From: Oopsacas minuta
Lineage: Eukaryota; Animalia; Porifera
Direction: 5' to 3'
Length of the DNA stretch: 64,000 nt
NCBI GenBank assembly: GCA_024704765.1
Contig: JAKMXF010000099.1
Coordinates: 420,946-484,945, forward strand
This document shows, piece after piece, positions 12,740 to 25,506 of the stretch (position 1 is its first letter; the number at the start of each line of letters is the position of its first letter). The translations under genes and the position numbers were made by a program. The notes beneath the pieces are model-generated. The model searched no databases. It saw nothing but the letters and a program-made list of their open reading frames with translations, and was not told the origin of the DNA.

Positions 12740-13990
12740 AACCTATATTCCTCAACCTGTGGCCATTGGGATCATACGCTTTTCTCTGCCTCGTAAATCT
12801 CGTTCCATGGACTGGGATAGGAAACCCAAGGACAGTCAAAAACAGAGGGTATTGCAACTGTCGCCCGACAAAAAAGCAGTGACAGTACTGGTTTAAAATT
12901 GGTCCCACAATATAGCTGCAATATTGGACACTGGTACGAAGCCTAGCCTAGTTGACTACGAAACAGCATACTGTTAGACCTCGCTGACCGAATGGTATCC
13001 ATCTCGAGTAGGGTATCTGTCCTTTGCCAACAAACATTAAAGTTCCTGGTAGATGTCGATATTTCCATTCATATTGCTGGTTTCAACTCCATGACAGAAA
13101 GCCTGCGAATTCTATGTAAGTCCCGTGGTCCTTGGATGTAGTTCTAGTTATAAAAGGAGATGCGACCCTTTGCTTTGCGTTGAACTATAGGCAGTTCAAC
13201 GCCGTCACCAAGGGAGACAATTATAGCCTCCCAGATCCACGGTGCGTATTTGGCATGTTAGCAGGGAACAATTAATTCTTCAAACTAGATATTGCATCAG
13301 CTTACTGGACTATTCCGATCAGCCCCGAGGACGTTAATAAGACTACCTTTCACCCCAAAGGGCATGTATGAAATATTTGCTGTGCCCTTTGGGCTGTGTA
13401 ATACTCTGACTACTTTCCACAGGGTTATTGAGTGTATGCTGAAAGAGGGCCCCAAAGCCGACGATATTCTAATCTTTTCAGATACATTTGAGGATCATCG
13501 AAAGTACCTATTGGTAGTTTCAGATTGTCTAAACGCGGAAGTCCTTGAATTTCTAACGGAAAGGTTCTTGTTCGGGTTTCAGTCCGTCGAGTTCTTGAGT
13601 CACCTTGTATCCAGCTCAGGTAGGGCTCCAGTCTGATGTTATGTATGCAAGTTGCAGACTTGGAGGCCTTTCCTCAACCTGGAACGGTCACAGAATTACA
13701 TTGTTTCTTGGGTCTCATAATTATTTCGATGTTGCATTTTGGACATGTCTAATCGTACAGAACCATTTTACAACTTTTCCCGAAGGCGAAATCTTGGTAC
13801 TGGGATGGACAATGTCACAATACATCCACACATCTACGGGTCATAGCTAGTACAAAGTACCCTGGCACATACGGAACGGGAAGCTGAACTCTACCTCTGG
13901 GCGGTTCCTAGTTTGAAGCGATTCGCGGCAGTGTTGTCACAGTTAGATTTAAGAACTCGAAAGTTGCGACCAATTCATGGGCGTAGCTAG
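12740..13990 (+). pseudogene. Ty3/gypsy gag-knuckle/protease/RT/RNaseH relic
   Basis: Degenerate CCHC (TCGHWDH); ILDTG protease motif (~12925); RT motifs LNYRQFNAVT, KLDIASAYW, PFGLCN, ADDILIFS; FPQPGTVTELHCFLGL; RNaseH AAVLSQ...RPI. Confidence 0.85.
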
Positions 13991-14118
13991 GATTGAGGCA
14001 CAGGAGACAATGACCTCCTCTCTATTCGTAGCCTCCCATTTCTATTGTAATCCCCACTTAATTGAGACAAGTATTAATCCTTGCCTCCTCTCTCTAGGAT
14101 TACGTACTAGTTACGCCT
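13978..14118. mobile_element. Short GC-ended MITE (gggcgtagctag...ctagttacgcct)
   Basis: Inverted termini; a related copy lies at 22304-22444. Confidence 0.5.
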
Positions 14119-14329
14119 CAGCAATTCAATTCTTCTCCTCATCCTGAGCCCAACTCATAAGATTTACCCCTCTGGTCATTTGGATGCTTGGGCACTCATC
14201 GCAGCGACGAAAATATGGATAGTGTATCTGAAAGGAGCGTCAAGCATTGTCCTAATGACTGATTATTGCCCTCTTAAATAGTACACTAATCACGCTTTCA
14301 CACGTTGGATAATGGAGCAGTAGGAACTG

Positions 14330-14520
14330 CCGTTTAGGATTGTCTACAAATCAGGGAAGAGAACTAGGTCGGCGATTGTCTGAATACCCCTTGCTTTGGC
14401 CCAGTGAGATCTTTTTTCTCGCTCATTGCAAGACACGCTCTCACAACTTGACCATAAGCAGCGAGAAATTTACCAACACAATCTGCCCTCGTCGTCTAAC
14501 GAGTAGCTGAAAGTGTGCCC
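14330..14520 (+). pseudogene. Possible Penelope-like GIY-YIG endonuclease remnant
   Basis: QGRELGRRLSEY...SLIARHALTT*H resembles the GxTxRxLxxRLxEH...SxIAxH pattern; short and degenerate. Confidence 0.3.
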
Positions 14521-14938
14521 AATAAGAACATATCCTTAGTAAAAAAGATTTCTGCTTCATCAAAAATATGCCTCAATTCCTCTTCTAATGGATCCCAAAC
14601 ACAACCCAATATAACCATCTTTCGTGATGCAGAGCCTATAGATACTATAGCAACTCAGTTTGGATATCTATTTATGGAATACCCGATTTAAAAACGTCCT
14701 TCACTAAAATAGTCTCGTTATTCGCTCGCTATCTTAAGGACAAGATATTATCACCACATTCATTCCTATCCGAGCAGCAATACCAGTATGCTAACCTGCC
14801 ATTGTGTTGCTACAATCACACCCTTGTGTCCTTGTATTATCTTTATGCAATCCTACTCGATTTAGTAATACGGCCATGCATGAAACAAATCTTGCTGCCG
14901 CAGACAGTTAAACATTGTTATTTATGTCAGCAGTCTTA

Positions 14939-16271
14939 CAGGTGTTTCACAATTGATATCGTGTTATACAATATTACATAACTGATAGAATACTAGATAT
15001 ATTACTACAATTATTTGCCAATATATCCACCACTAAGTTCAATGCACTTATGGATTCGTTTTGGCATTCCATCCATCAATTTGTCCAAAACCTCTGGTGA
15101 AATATTGGACCATGCTGTTTTCAGTCGATTTTCCAACATTTTTATGTCTTTTATCTCACCTATTGAATCTAGATCATCTTTCAAAATCGACCATATGTTC
15201 TCAATGGGACTCAAGTCTGGAGAGTTGGCTGGCCAGGTACCTTTCGCCCAAAAACTCTTTAGGTTACTTCTCAACCAATTTTGTGTCATGTTTGCCGTGT
15301 GAGCTGGAGCGCCATCTTGTTGAAATATCGCACGGGACATATTTTTAACATTTTCCTCTCAACAACTGTGCCTCTTTCTCGCTTTCTGTTCATTGTAGAC
15401 ATTAAAGTTTTACCCAGTATCTCACTAACATAGTACTCTGCAGATACAGTTTGTCCAACGGGAATGAAATGTAACTCCGACAGTGCACGATGTGACATCA
15501 TACCCCATACTTGAATTTTCTTTGGAAATTTCACCATCTGAACGGGCTCGACATCCAATGCGTTTCTCGCCCAAACACAATCATTTTTCCTGTTTGGGGG
15601 ATGATTTAACTCAAACGGTGATTCATCTGTAAATAATATGTTTTTCCAATCATTTGCTGTCCAATTGACACGTTCTTTACAAAATTTTAACCTAGCAGCC
15701 ATGTTTTTCTCTGTTATTACCGGCTGTCGCTGGCGTTTGTAAGATTTTACACCCTTTTCTTTTGTCAAATAACGGTACACTGTACTCTGAGATACGGAAT
15801 GACCTTTCAACTTTAATTTCTTGGATAGACCACGTACAGACTGTCGTTTTTGCCAATTGATTTAGTAATTACAATCTTGGCAACTTTCGATATGGACGAT
15901 TTACGGCCACGTCCCCCTTTGTTTTCTAATGTCAAATCATTCTTGAAAAGTCGCCACCAACGCTGAACTGTACGGATATTAACTCCAAGTTTAAGAGACA
16001 CAAACTTCTGAGAAGAGCCAGCTTGTAGCATGCCAACAGCCTGTGAGCGAATCATGATACTGTATTCTTTCACCATTATATTATGCAAATAATTAGCCCA
16101 ATTTGGATATGGAAATAGGAGCTATAAAATGTTTCGATTGATGAATGAAATAATTACTCAATAGAACCCTGTAAGATTAATTATGATTGCAAGTTTAAAT
16201 ACACAGATATTATTGCATGGGTGCATAATAAACAAATTTAGAAAATACGACATCAATTGTGAAACACCCTG
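14939..16271 (-). mobile_element. Tc1-like (DD37E) element, full length, two frameshifts
   Basis: TIR cag(g)gtgtttcacaattgat, TA TSDs. ORFs 15813..16088, 15286..15810 and 15011..15340 give HTH, LFTDES, VWGMMS, FQQDGAP...NSPDLSPIENIW. Confidence 0.93.
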
Positions 16272-16429
16272 TATTTAGTAAGAAGGCATATAATTTATTC
16301 TTGTAACTTCCGAATATTCCAAAGGAGAGTTCCTGGCTAAACAGATAGATTATCCCATTTTGGACTTTTGGAGACGATTAATGCTCACGAACCAGTAGCC
16401 CACGTAGGTTTGATTGATGTTTTCCAGTA

Positions 16430-16760
16430 TGTTGAGCAAGGCCCCAAAGTTTCCACGAAGTTTTGTGTCAAATGATATTTCATCTTTTTACAAACGTGCC
16501 ATTGTATGCGATACCTGGATTAGGAAAGTATTTACCACATCGAACAACCTCCACAAATCATCAAACTTTAGTTCCTTAGTCGTCGAGTTATTTGGATTGA
16601 GTAGTTCCATCACGTTATGTACACATCTTTGCCAACCAACTGATCCAAGAAGAAATAGCTTTTTTCATCATTCCACTATTGAATCCCTAATTCGTTCCAG
16701 TTGAATGTTTCCTAATCCAAGGCATATTTATGGATGATTTGTAATGCATGCACTTTGCAA
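16430..16760 (-). pseudogene. Possible gypsy gag N-terminal remnant (opposite orientation)
   Basis: LFLLGSVG...MELLNP...KFDDL resembles the FLxxVG...LxxP...KxxxEL pattern of gag. Confidence 0.35.
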
Positions 16761-17379
16761 CAGCTTTGATACAGGGTGTGCAGTGACGATAATCTTCCTC
16801 ATTATCATATTCAACCCACCCAAAGTTATTCTATGATTCTTTGAAGCTACATTTATGCATTCTCATTTGTTTATTGGAACCATCAAGTTTGGTTCCTTTC
16901 ACTTCAGCGGCGTACTTTGCGAAGATATGCTAAATCAAATCAAAGTATATTATTTTTATTATTCAATATATATATTCATATCAGGGTTTCATACAGGATT
17001 CTTTGCTGGGGCGGAAACGATTGATCACACCCTATAAATAACACATTCCCATGTAAATTAGGTTTGATCTGGTCACCTAATCTTGGTCAAAACTCCTCAG
17101 TATGGTAACCTTTCCATCAACGAGATGGTGAATGCGACTAGCCGTGTTTACCCACACTTGCTAACATTCCGACGCGAGCCTCCCTATCCCATCGATCCAG
17201 GGTATTAATATCTTGGGGAATGCCAGAAAAAGTTACATGTGGAATATGTGGAGGCCCTGAAGAGGACACAGGTGGAGATAAACTAGATAGCAAATCTAAT
17301 ATAGGAATGAATCTCTCGAGAACTCGATTCAAGGCCAATCAGGGAAAAATGAAGCTGAAATTGACTATGGAGATAAAGC

Positions 17380-17961
17380 AATGCTAAAATGGAACGGAAG
17401 TGGTGATTCATTGACAGAGACGTTTCTTAGGCCAGTTGAGGTATTAGAAAAAGAAGGGCCCAATGTTAAATTACTCTTATTTCGTGAAACACATGGTACA
17501 TCTAGACAACGTTAAGAAGTATTTGTATAGCTAACCATCCTTAGTAGAGGCAAAGGAACCTACAGGATGGCTCAGATGGAAACGAGGACTTCGTTACACC
17601 AGCTGTCTCAAAAGAATGGTATCTATTAATAGAAGAACTTGGGAGCCGAATACTCTACGAGGATATAGAGAGGATATAAACTGTCTCTCCTCGTTACCAA
17701 CAGAGTAACCTGAAGCAGCCTAAATACCTCCAGGAATACTTCACACGCATATAGTTGGAGAAAAACGAAAGAAGGAGCTCTCCCTGAGCTTGATCTCAAA
17801 CGGGAGGTGTTATGAACCTGTTAATTATATTAAGCCCTGTATTAGCACAGTCTTCATTAGTCCTATCATTAACTATAGTCATTTAGGTTTACTAAGCTGT
17901 TTGTTATTTCTTAGATTAATTCTATCTATAACTATTAAACCGCAATTTATCTATGTAAACA
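17380..17961 (+). mobile_element. Gypsy integrase C-terminal tail, polypurine tract and 3' LTR start
   Basis: FLRPVEVLEKEGPNVKL...VHLDNVKK, then QPKYLQEY. Purine-rich aaacgggagg (17798-17807) is followed immediately by TGTTATG (17808). No matching 5' LTR seen. Confidence 0.55.
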
Positions 17962-18126
17962 CAGTACAACCTCGTTAATACGTACACCAAGTGACCATCG
18001 AGATTTGTAATCCTTATCCGGAGTACTTGTTAACTGGAGTAAAATAATTGAATACCCACTGTACGAACTAAATTGTGTAAAATTCTGTTCGTCTTGACCG
18101 AAAATTCGTATTAACGAGTTTCACTG
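17962..18126. mobile_element. pogo/Tigger-like MITE
   Basis: cagtacaacctcgttaatacg ... cgtattaacgagtttcactg followed by TA. Confidence 0.7.
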
Positions 18127-18132
18127 TATGTG

Positions 18133-18760
18133 CAGTGGAGTATCCAGGATTATGGTGAGGGGGTATTCTGGAGCGAGCCATGCGAGCGACGCTCGTGGGG
18201 GTATGGGGAAAACCCCCGAAAATTTTTTGAATCTTAGATGCTCAAACATCGATGTACAGCTATTCTTGTCACATAGTAGGAGGAGAGTATTATTGTGCAG
18301 TTGTACCAAAGTTTTTAGATGTTTATGTTTAGATTTTGTTAAGTTATTTTATTAATACAATTTAGTGAACTTATAATTAGTCTCCTTATATATTAGTCAT
18401 CAGGAGTTTTCTGGGATATCGTCCGGAAAACTCGTCAATAACTTCAGAAATATCGACAGGAATGTCATAGTGTATGAGCATGAGAGCTAATCCAGTGAGG
18501 CGATTCGTCCCCATCGATGATCGTAAGAAAGTTATATTTATTTCAAAGAACTAAAAGATCTCTCTCCCGTACAGCTGGTAACGGGCAATGTGCAAATAAT
18601 ACAGAATAACGTTCGAATGTTGGGAAACATAGTGCTAGCATGTCGAAGGGCATGACTTAAAGTTCTTGGTAGATAAGCTTCATAGACAACATATCTCTTT
18701 AGGAAACCAGGTATGAGGGGGGAATCTGAACACCCAAATCCCCCCCTGGGTACACCACTG
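18133..18760. mobile_element. hAT-like MITE (CAGTGG ends) with unrelated internal sequence
   Basis: Ends cagtggagtatcc / gggtacaccactg; G-rich subterminal tracts; atgtg on both flanks. Confidence 0.5.
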
Positions 18761-19899
18761 ATGTGTTATGTATTTCTTTGTTTGCATGCCCAGAATTGAT
18801 TGAAGAAACTGGAAGCCCCCATGGATGATTTTAGCATGGAGGGGAATTTTGGGCCTGGCGCGGCCAATTTCGCGTCTTGATGAAATTATGACGTCATTTT
18901 ACCTTTTGTGTATTTCCAAAAATCACATTTGCTACTGCTCGGCCAATATACTTGATAGAAGTTTAAAATTGAACCACAGATACCCCTCAATGTGACAAAT
19001 GTCCTGGTATCATGTTTTTCGTTAATTGCTATCTTATAATTGGATTATAACGTCATCATGACTGCACAAAATCAAAATTTTACACATTTCGATATTTTTG
19101 AGAAATTCATGATACTCGAGGCACGAAATGCCTGGGTTACTAACCCAAACTGACAGCATCTCCAGAGTCACCTCAGAAGGCCATTCAATTTCATTTGGAT
19201 AGACCATGGATCATAAAATCTCAACAATTAACTATTATGTGATTTCGAGGCAAGTAGTGCTGAGTATATTCCGTCACGTAGAGCGACCAATGACACTATA
19301 AATTTAGCTGGTTGATACTTAAGCTAACCTGGAACACTAAACTGTAGCAAAGAGACCTAGCAATCAAATGGCGCTAGTATCTTGTTAAATTGATTGGATC
19401 CTAGCAGTTAGAACGTACATCCTTGACATATTTTACAATTCGACATATTTTACAATTCGACTTATTTTACGAACAGACCTCTTGACAACACAAGATTCGG
19501 AACTCGAGCTTCTCGTTTCATAATACGATAAATGCATTTGTAAAGTTTCATTCAGAGGATTGTTGGGTAAAGAGCCAAGAAATTGAGGAATAAGTAGCCA
19601 ACATTTGGTATTTTATTGAGGATTATGTGTATATACATACTTTTATGTACCATGTCATTAAATTACACTAGCTAGGCCACTGAATGTTAGAAACACAGAG
19701 TGCATATGCAAATAGTGCAATGTAGATGATCTTTGCTTAGTCTAGCATAAATATTTTATTATCAAATTTTATTTTCATATTTTTCATAAATGAACCAATT
19801 CACCCACTGATAGGTCACAAAATAATCAAATAATGATAGTGAGCCGGCCGCTCGCAATGGATGCTCAGGAGGATCTCATGTGTAGCTTAAACAAGTTTC

Positions 19900-22800
19900 T
19901 CATTATCACTGGCCTTATATTCATAATTTTCTTTCAATTTCCATAAATTTCTCAATTTATTCAATGTCTAATTCTCACAGTTAACCCTCTTCCATATTTA
20001 TGCGAAACGGCCGTATCTAAAACACTTTCTGCTAGTTCGCAGGAAACAAGGTGAAACTTAATAGATAAATGGACTCTTTAAGAACACGCACATGACCTTA
20101 CAGCTCTACAATCGATTTTCCATCTCACAGGTGACGTTTTCATTGGATGGAAAATATATATGCTCCCATAGCCATCTACGATAAGGCTGATTTTATTCTT
20201 ACTTGGACTTGTATTTCTATAATACCTGATAAAAAACTTAGGCAGACAGAAAGATACAATACTGCTTCCACTTCTACTAATGGAGAAATGTAATTCATTC
20301 CTGACTGGTTCCAAATTTATGGATAGCTTAGTAGTCTATTACGAAAGAGGCAGAATAACGTTTGCATGCTCCCATTTTCTTCAACAATGAGTAGAACCAA
20401 TTCTAAAGATTCCTCTACGAAACATGTTTACAAGATTGGAAACTTGCATTAGGAGAGGATAGAATTATCACTTGTCATGCTGCTACTAAATCCCAATTCG
20501 AAGCTATGCCATGCTGGGCCGATCGACAAAAATATTGAACAGTCGGGTAACTCAACTGAATCCTCTTGAATCCACAAGAATCAAAAGAATTAACATTGAT
20601 AATGATTTCCTGAAATGTTTGCTGAAGTTCTCTTGTAATTTAATTGAATGGACATTTATCCTCGAGATCATGATGAATCAAATATTTGACTTTTAATGTA
20701 CAGAATGAAATATGAATACTATAGGGAATCTGGCTTGACATGTTATTTGTTCTGAAATCCGTAAATCACTGAGTCCGTTACTGATATATATTGTTTCTCA
20801 AGCATACCAAGGTGCTTCTGCATGATATGAACTCTTAGTGGTTTTAAAATGTAGATTTGATAATATATTCAAAATATAAATAGACTAGACTCACCAAGTG
20901 TTTCCTAGGTGTTTTCATTACATTTATATGCCTGTGACTCCTAAAATAGCCTAATTAATATATTTCATTTGCTTGTATTGAAGGGGGTGCTGCATTGGTC
21001 AGAATTTGTTATAATTTGGAATTTTGAAACTGGCATTAGTCAGAATGTGTTTGTATCGATTTTTTGGATAATTAGTTTATTTAACCTGTTAATTTCAGGA
21101 TTTCCATGGTTGATCATTTTATTGAGATGGCGTTTTGCAAATATAAACGAAAATGCCATTAAGAAGCTGTCATATAAGATACACCCTGGATCCATATTTG
21201 GAAATATTACAATGATATAATAGATGATGTAGCATACTGAAGAATGAGTTGCTCTATCTTTCATTGTAAGCCATTCTCTGAGACTTGCGATTCCCTTGAC
21301 TATTCGCGTATTCTGTTAAGCATTGATACAAAACTATAATTCTTGACCATGCAATCTACATATTACCCATCGTGTGATTACTTGAGATTGTAGTCTTTTC
21401 TGCTCCTGTACTCAGTTAGAATCCTGTATAGAGAGGAACCTATTCGTTGCTTTGGGAGAGTGCTTTTAATGAGTTATCACCTTCCTAACCAACTTAGAAA
21501 AATATTTCATAAATGAATTCTGAGTTTGACTCTTTTTTGTGACGACTGCAATGAAATTAACCCGACGCAGTCTTAACACACAATGAAAATGTATGAGCGA
21601 CACATTTATTAACTGTGAGGTTACCAAAGTGAAATGCTTTTTTAATATTAATGGCTCTATCTGCAACTGCACTAACAATTACCAATCCATGCCCTAAATT
21701 ATGAGATCCATGAATGGCATTTACACTAAGCACAAAGGATCAAAGTTACCCCTGCTCCATAAAATGAACGTGAATAATTCCAAATGGTTCGTTGGTAATC
21801 TCACAAGTCCACAAATCTTCTGAAACATGCAAAAAATGATGGTGGTGATATAAATCTGATGCTAAAGCATCAGATTTTATTACCATCATCATTTTTTTGT
21901 GTAATGAAATTTGTTGTACTAATACTATCATAGCATATGTCAAGTAACTTGCTCGATAGATCATGGGAGGGTGGCGCGTGTGCGCCACGTGTTAGTATAT
22001 GGAGAAGTGAATTGAATCCAATTGGTCCATTTATTTTAGTTTGATTAAATGGATTATTACTAGTGCGATAGTTGTAAGTCATAGGCAAAGGTCGTCCATA
22101 ATTCGCCAGATAGAGAAAGAGGGTCACATGAGCAATGGAGTATTTTTCACATTTCCAAGGTGGCGACAGGTTGTCAGTAATGAGAGGTTTTTGAAGAATC
22201 TTCTTCAGTAATATTAATTTTTGCCCTTTAACCTTTAGGTCTTTTTTTAAACCTATGAATAAATGCTGATATATCATTTGCACAGTTTCATTTTGCATTA
22301 ATCCAGGGCGGAACTAGCATTGAGGCATAGGAGGCAGTTGCCTCCTAGCTTTTCGGGCGTTTCCTCATCTACCTATTGTAATCGCCATTATTTAGGCAAA
22401 TATCCATCCTTCCCTCCTCACTCTGGGATATCTAGTTACGCCCCAGTAATTTGTAAGATTATTTTGATAAAGAATAATTACTTAATTATCAAAATTGATG
22501 AGCCATTTCTCAGGTCATCAAAAAATCTTATTCCTTATTTTGGATGACATCGGATCTAACCTCAATCTATGCTTTTGAGGATAAATAAGTATCTTAAAAG
22601 TGTCTATTATGTTCTTTATTCCAAACTTTATGAAATATTTCACTGTCTAATTATCTTGCTGCAATATTATGGTTGCCTTTCTACCTGGAAACGAGAAATT
22701 TTCCAAAATTTCCTCTAGATTAATACTACTTTTGACTCTGATCGGTTCTAAATTTACTAAAGTTTATATCCATAAATATCATTTTCGAAAAGTTATCTCA

Positions 22801-25000
22801 AATCAGGCAAAATTTTAGAAATTCTACTCTTACAAAAATCTTTACTTTTCTTATTATTCCTTTACCATCGATTTACTATAAATTTCGCAAATGTAGCTAA
22901 TGTGTACATGCCTATTTCCACTTAACTGTTCATTTTTCACTCTATGCAAACATTTACGAGCTTAAGCATGCCTGTCTTGTATAAAGTTAAGTAACTAATT
23001 TTCCAACAGAAAATTGTGGTCACTCTTATATTTGACATAATTCTTATAGATAGATCCATTGGAACATCATTTTGCTTATGTCGTATGATGCCAGTTGCCC
23101 ACTATCACATTTCTTGCCTTCAGATCTTATTGTCAGATCTTAGGCTTAAGTCCAACATTATTCTCTCGCCAGGCTGTATTAAGTCTTCATTACAAGAGTT
23201 CATCAATCTTTTTCCACTTCTGAAAGTACAGAATCTAACAATTAGATTGATTTAGGCGTTTTTTACTACAATATCAGACCTCTCTGCAATTGAGTGTAAT
23301 ATTCATATTCTCCAGTAATTAACATCCATTTCTAACTAGTCACTACAACTGTATTTGAAGAAATATGGTCGTCCTTATCGTATGTGTCATGATGCCTTAC
23401 TGTTTATATATCGCTGGATTCAGATGATATACCTTTATCTCAGTTCAGATTACTAGAGCTTTCTGATTGCAATTCTTTGGTATATTCATCCGAGATTGTG
23501 CTAGAAAGCATTGTTGATGTTTGGAATATAATTATTTTAATTGAGAGTTTCAAGGATTTGATGGCGATGTTAGTAGAAGGACCATAAAGGAAATTTCTGG
23601 AGTAAAGTCTGTTCTTCTTGTGGTTGTTAGTGGTCGTTATAATCTGCGTATTTTAGCTGTTACAGAAGCACACAGAAGTATGCAGGACGATACAGAACCA
23701 TTTCGTATATCCACTGGATACCAAAAGACACTTTTGGTGGGATCAACAACATCAATACTGGAACCAAATATTCTACCTCATTTGTAAGAAATGTCACTTT
23801 TTACATGTATTTCATCTTTGTGGATAATTCATAGGAAACAATAGTTAGAGGCTATGAGTATTACAAATTTATTATTGAGTCCCAATAACTGACTCAACAA
23901 TGAATTTACAATTTCTCTTACGTATAGAATGTGGAAGAGACAGACAAACATGCCCTGAAGATATTTATAACGTTTCAGCGAAATTTGATATTTCTTAACT
24001 GACAAATTTTGTTTAGTATATTATGCTCCCGTGGTGTTTTCGGAACCAAACTATTTGAGCTGACAACTAATAAATTGTAGTCTAAGCACTTCTGGACGAT
24101 CATACAGTTCCTTATCTGAATCTGACTTTTTAAGGATATCATCTATATAACTTATTGAATGTGATCTTGTGCAGACGCTATACAAAAGTCATTTGTTCGT
24201 TCTTGGTTTCTGCAGCTGATTCCGGCGTTGGAACATTACTTTCATCTTCCTCATTGCTATTTTCTTCCAGGTCACTATCGTCTCTCAATTATTCTCCCAT
24301 AATATCTCTAACAATTGATTCTTTGGTTATGCTATCAACATTTCTTATCAGCATCTAGGTAATCCTCCAATTTTAGTTCTGGGTAATGTTCTGGTATCTG
24401 TATTTCCGTAGCCCCATGAATGCTATTTATCGTGTCGTCAGTTTATAAGAACTTTGTCAATTCAACATATCCAAAACTGTTCTCTATACTATGTTGGGGT
24501 AACTTTTTCATAAGATTTTTAAAAAAACTATAAATATTGCCTGTAACAAATCGAGGCTGAAACTTCAATTTCTATAGCAACAATTTTGCTTCGTAAAATT
24601 TCTAACTTATAAAGTACTATAGTCTCGAATTCCAATCCCAGGATCCTGAATCTGAATGACAATCATTATCTAAGATCTATGTAAGTATTATATGACTGAA
24701 TCTAGCCAAATTATGTAATGTTCTCCTACAATCGAATTTCAGTACAAATCCAAGATACAGTCAATCCGCTTAATCTGGATACATCGGTTCTAGCTTTTTT
24801 GTCCCTATTAAGCGAAGTTCCCATTTAACTGGAGAACTGTTAATTATAGTTTATAGCAGTATTTCTCTGGTGTTTCAGTCTCAGACCCCCTAATCAAGTT
24901 AAGTACTCTATGTTGCAGCCGTGCCCATCCATAGTGAGAAATTTACCAATCATTTAGTGCCTTCCGAGAACCAATGTTGATAACTATCACTAAAATGGAA
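19900..25000 (-). pseudogene. Highly decayed NOF/Mutator-like transposase relic
   Basis: Scattered minus-strand fragments appear colinear with the 52427-58214 element: NCCYRN (Cys pair), VT..YAMI (cf. DFSWALI) and CKCH (cf. CSAH). Heavily interrupted; boundaries approximate. Confidence 0.4.
22304..22444. mobile_element. Short GC-ended MITE
   Basis: cagggcggaactag ... ctagttacgcccc; same layout as 13978-14118. Confidence 0.5.
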
Positions 25001-25506
25001 TTTGATTTGTAAGCACTTAGTCCAAATTTTGTCACCATTTATCGAAATATTGTATATATACCTAGTTTATTTGAATTTCTAAAATCAAGATAACTTTCTT
25101 CCTGATTGAGTTACATATTTTCACTTCCTTACCAAACTTTGTCCCAATTCAGCGGAATGCGTCCCGATTAACCGGAAATTTAGTATTCACATTAATGGAT
25201 TCGATTCCATCCCTACAAAGCTATCCCAAATTAAGCACTCTTATCTATTAACCGGTTTCCCGAATAGATTTGGAGTAAAGTAAGCTGCGGATTGTCTTTA
25301 TGTGAAAATCTCAGGACATCCCTCATGTGTTTTATGACTTATGACGTCACAAATTTCTTTTTGCATTTTGACCAAGGATTTCAAAATGTGGAGATGACTA
25401 CTTCACATTGAACTCATAACTCGAAAAAGAATTTGTAAACGTTGGGCTTATGATTAACATAAAGAGAATTCAAAGAAACACGAGTATTGAACTTCAAGTT
25501 TAACCT

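Noticed and set aside
14900-16704. Antisense and alternative-frame ORFs overlapping Tc1 elements (e.g. 15015..15302+, 15061..15348+, 16414..16704+)
   Set aside because: Shadows of transposon coding strands with no domain features; the same applies to most short ORFs in the track.
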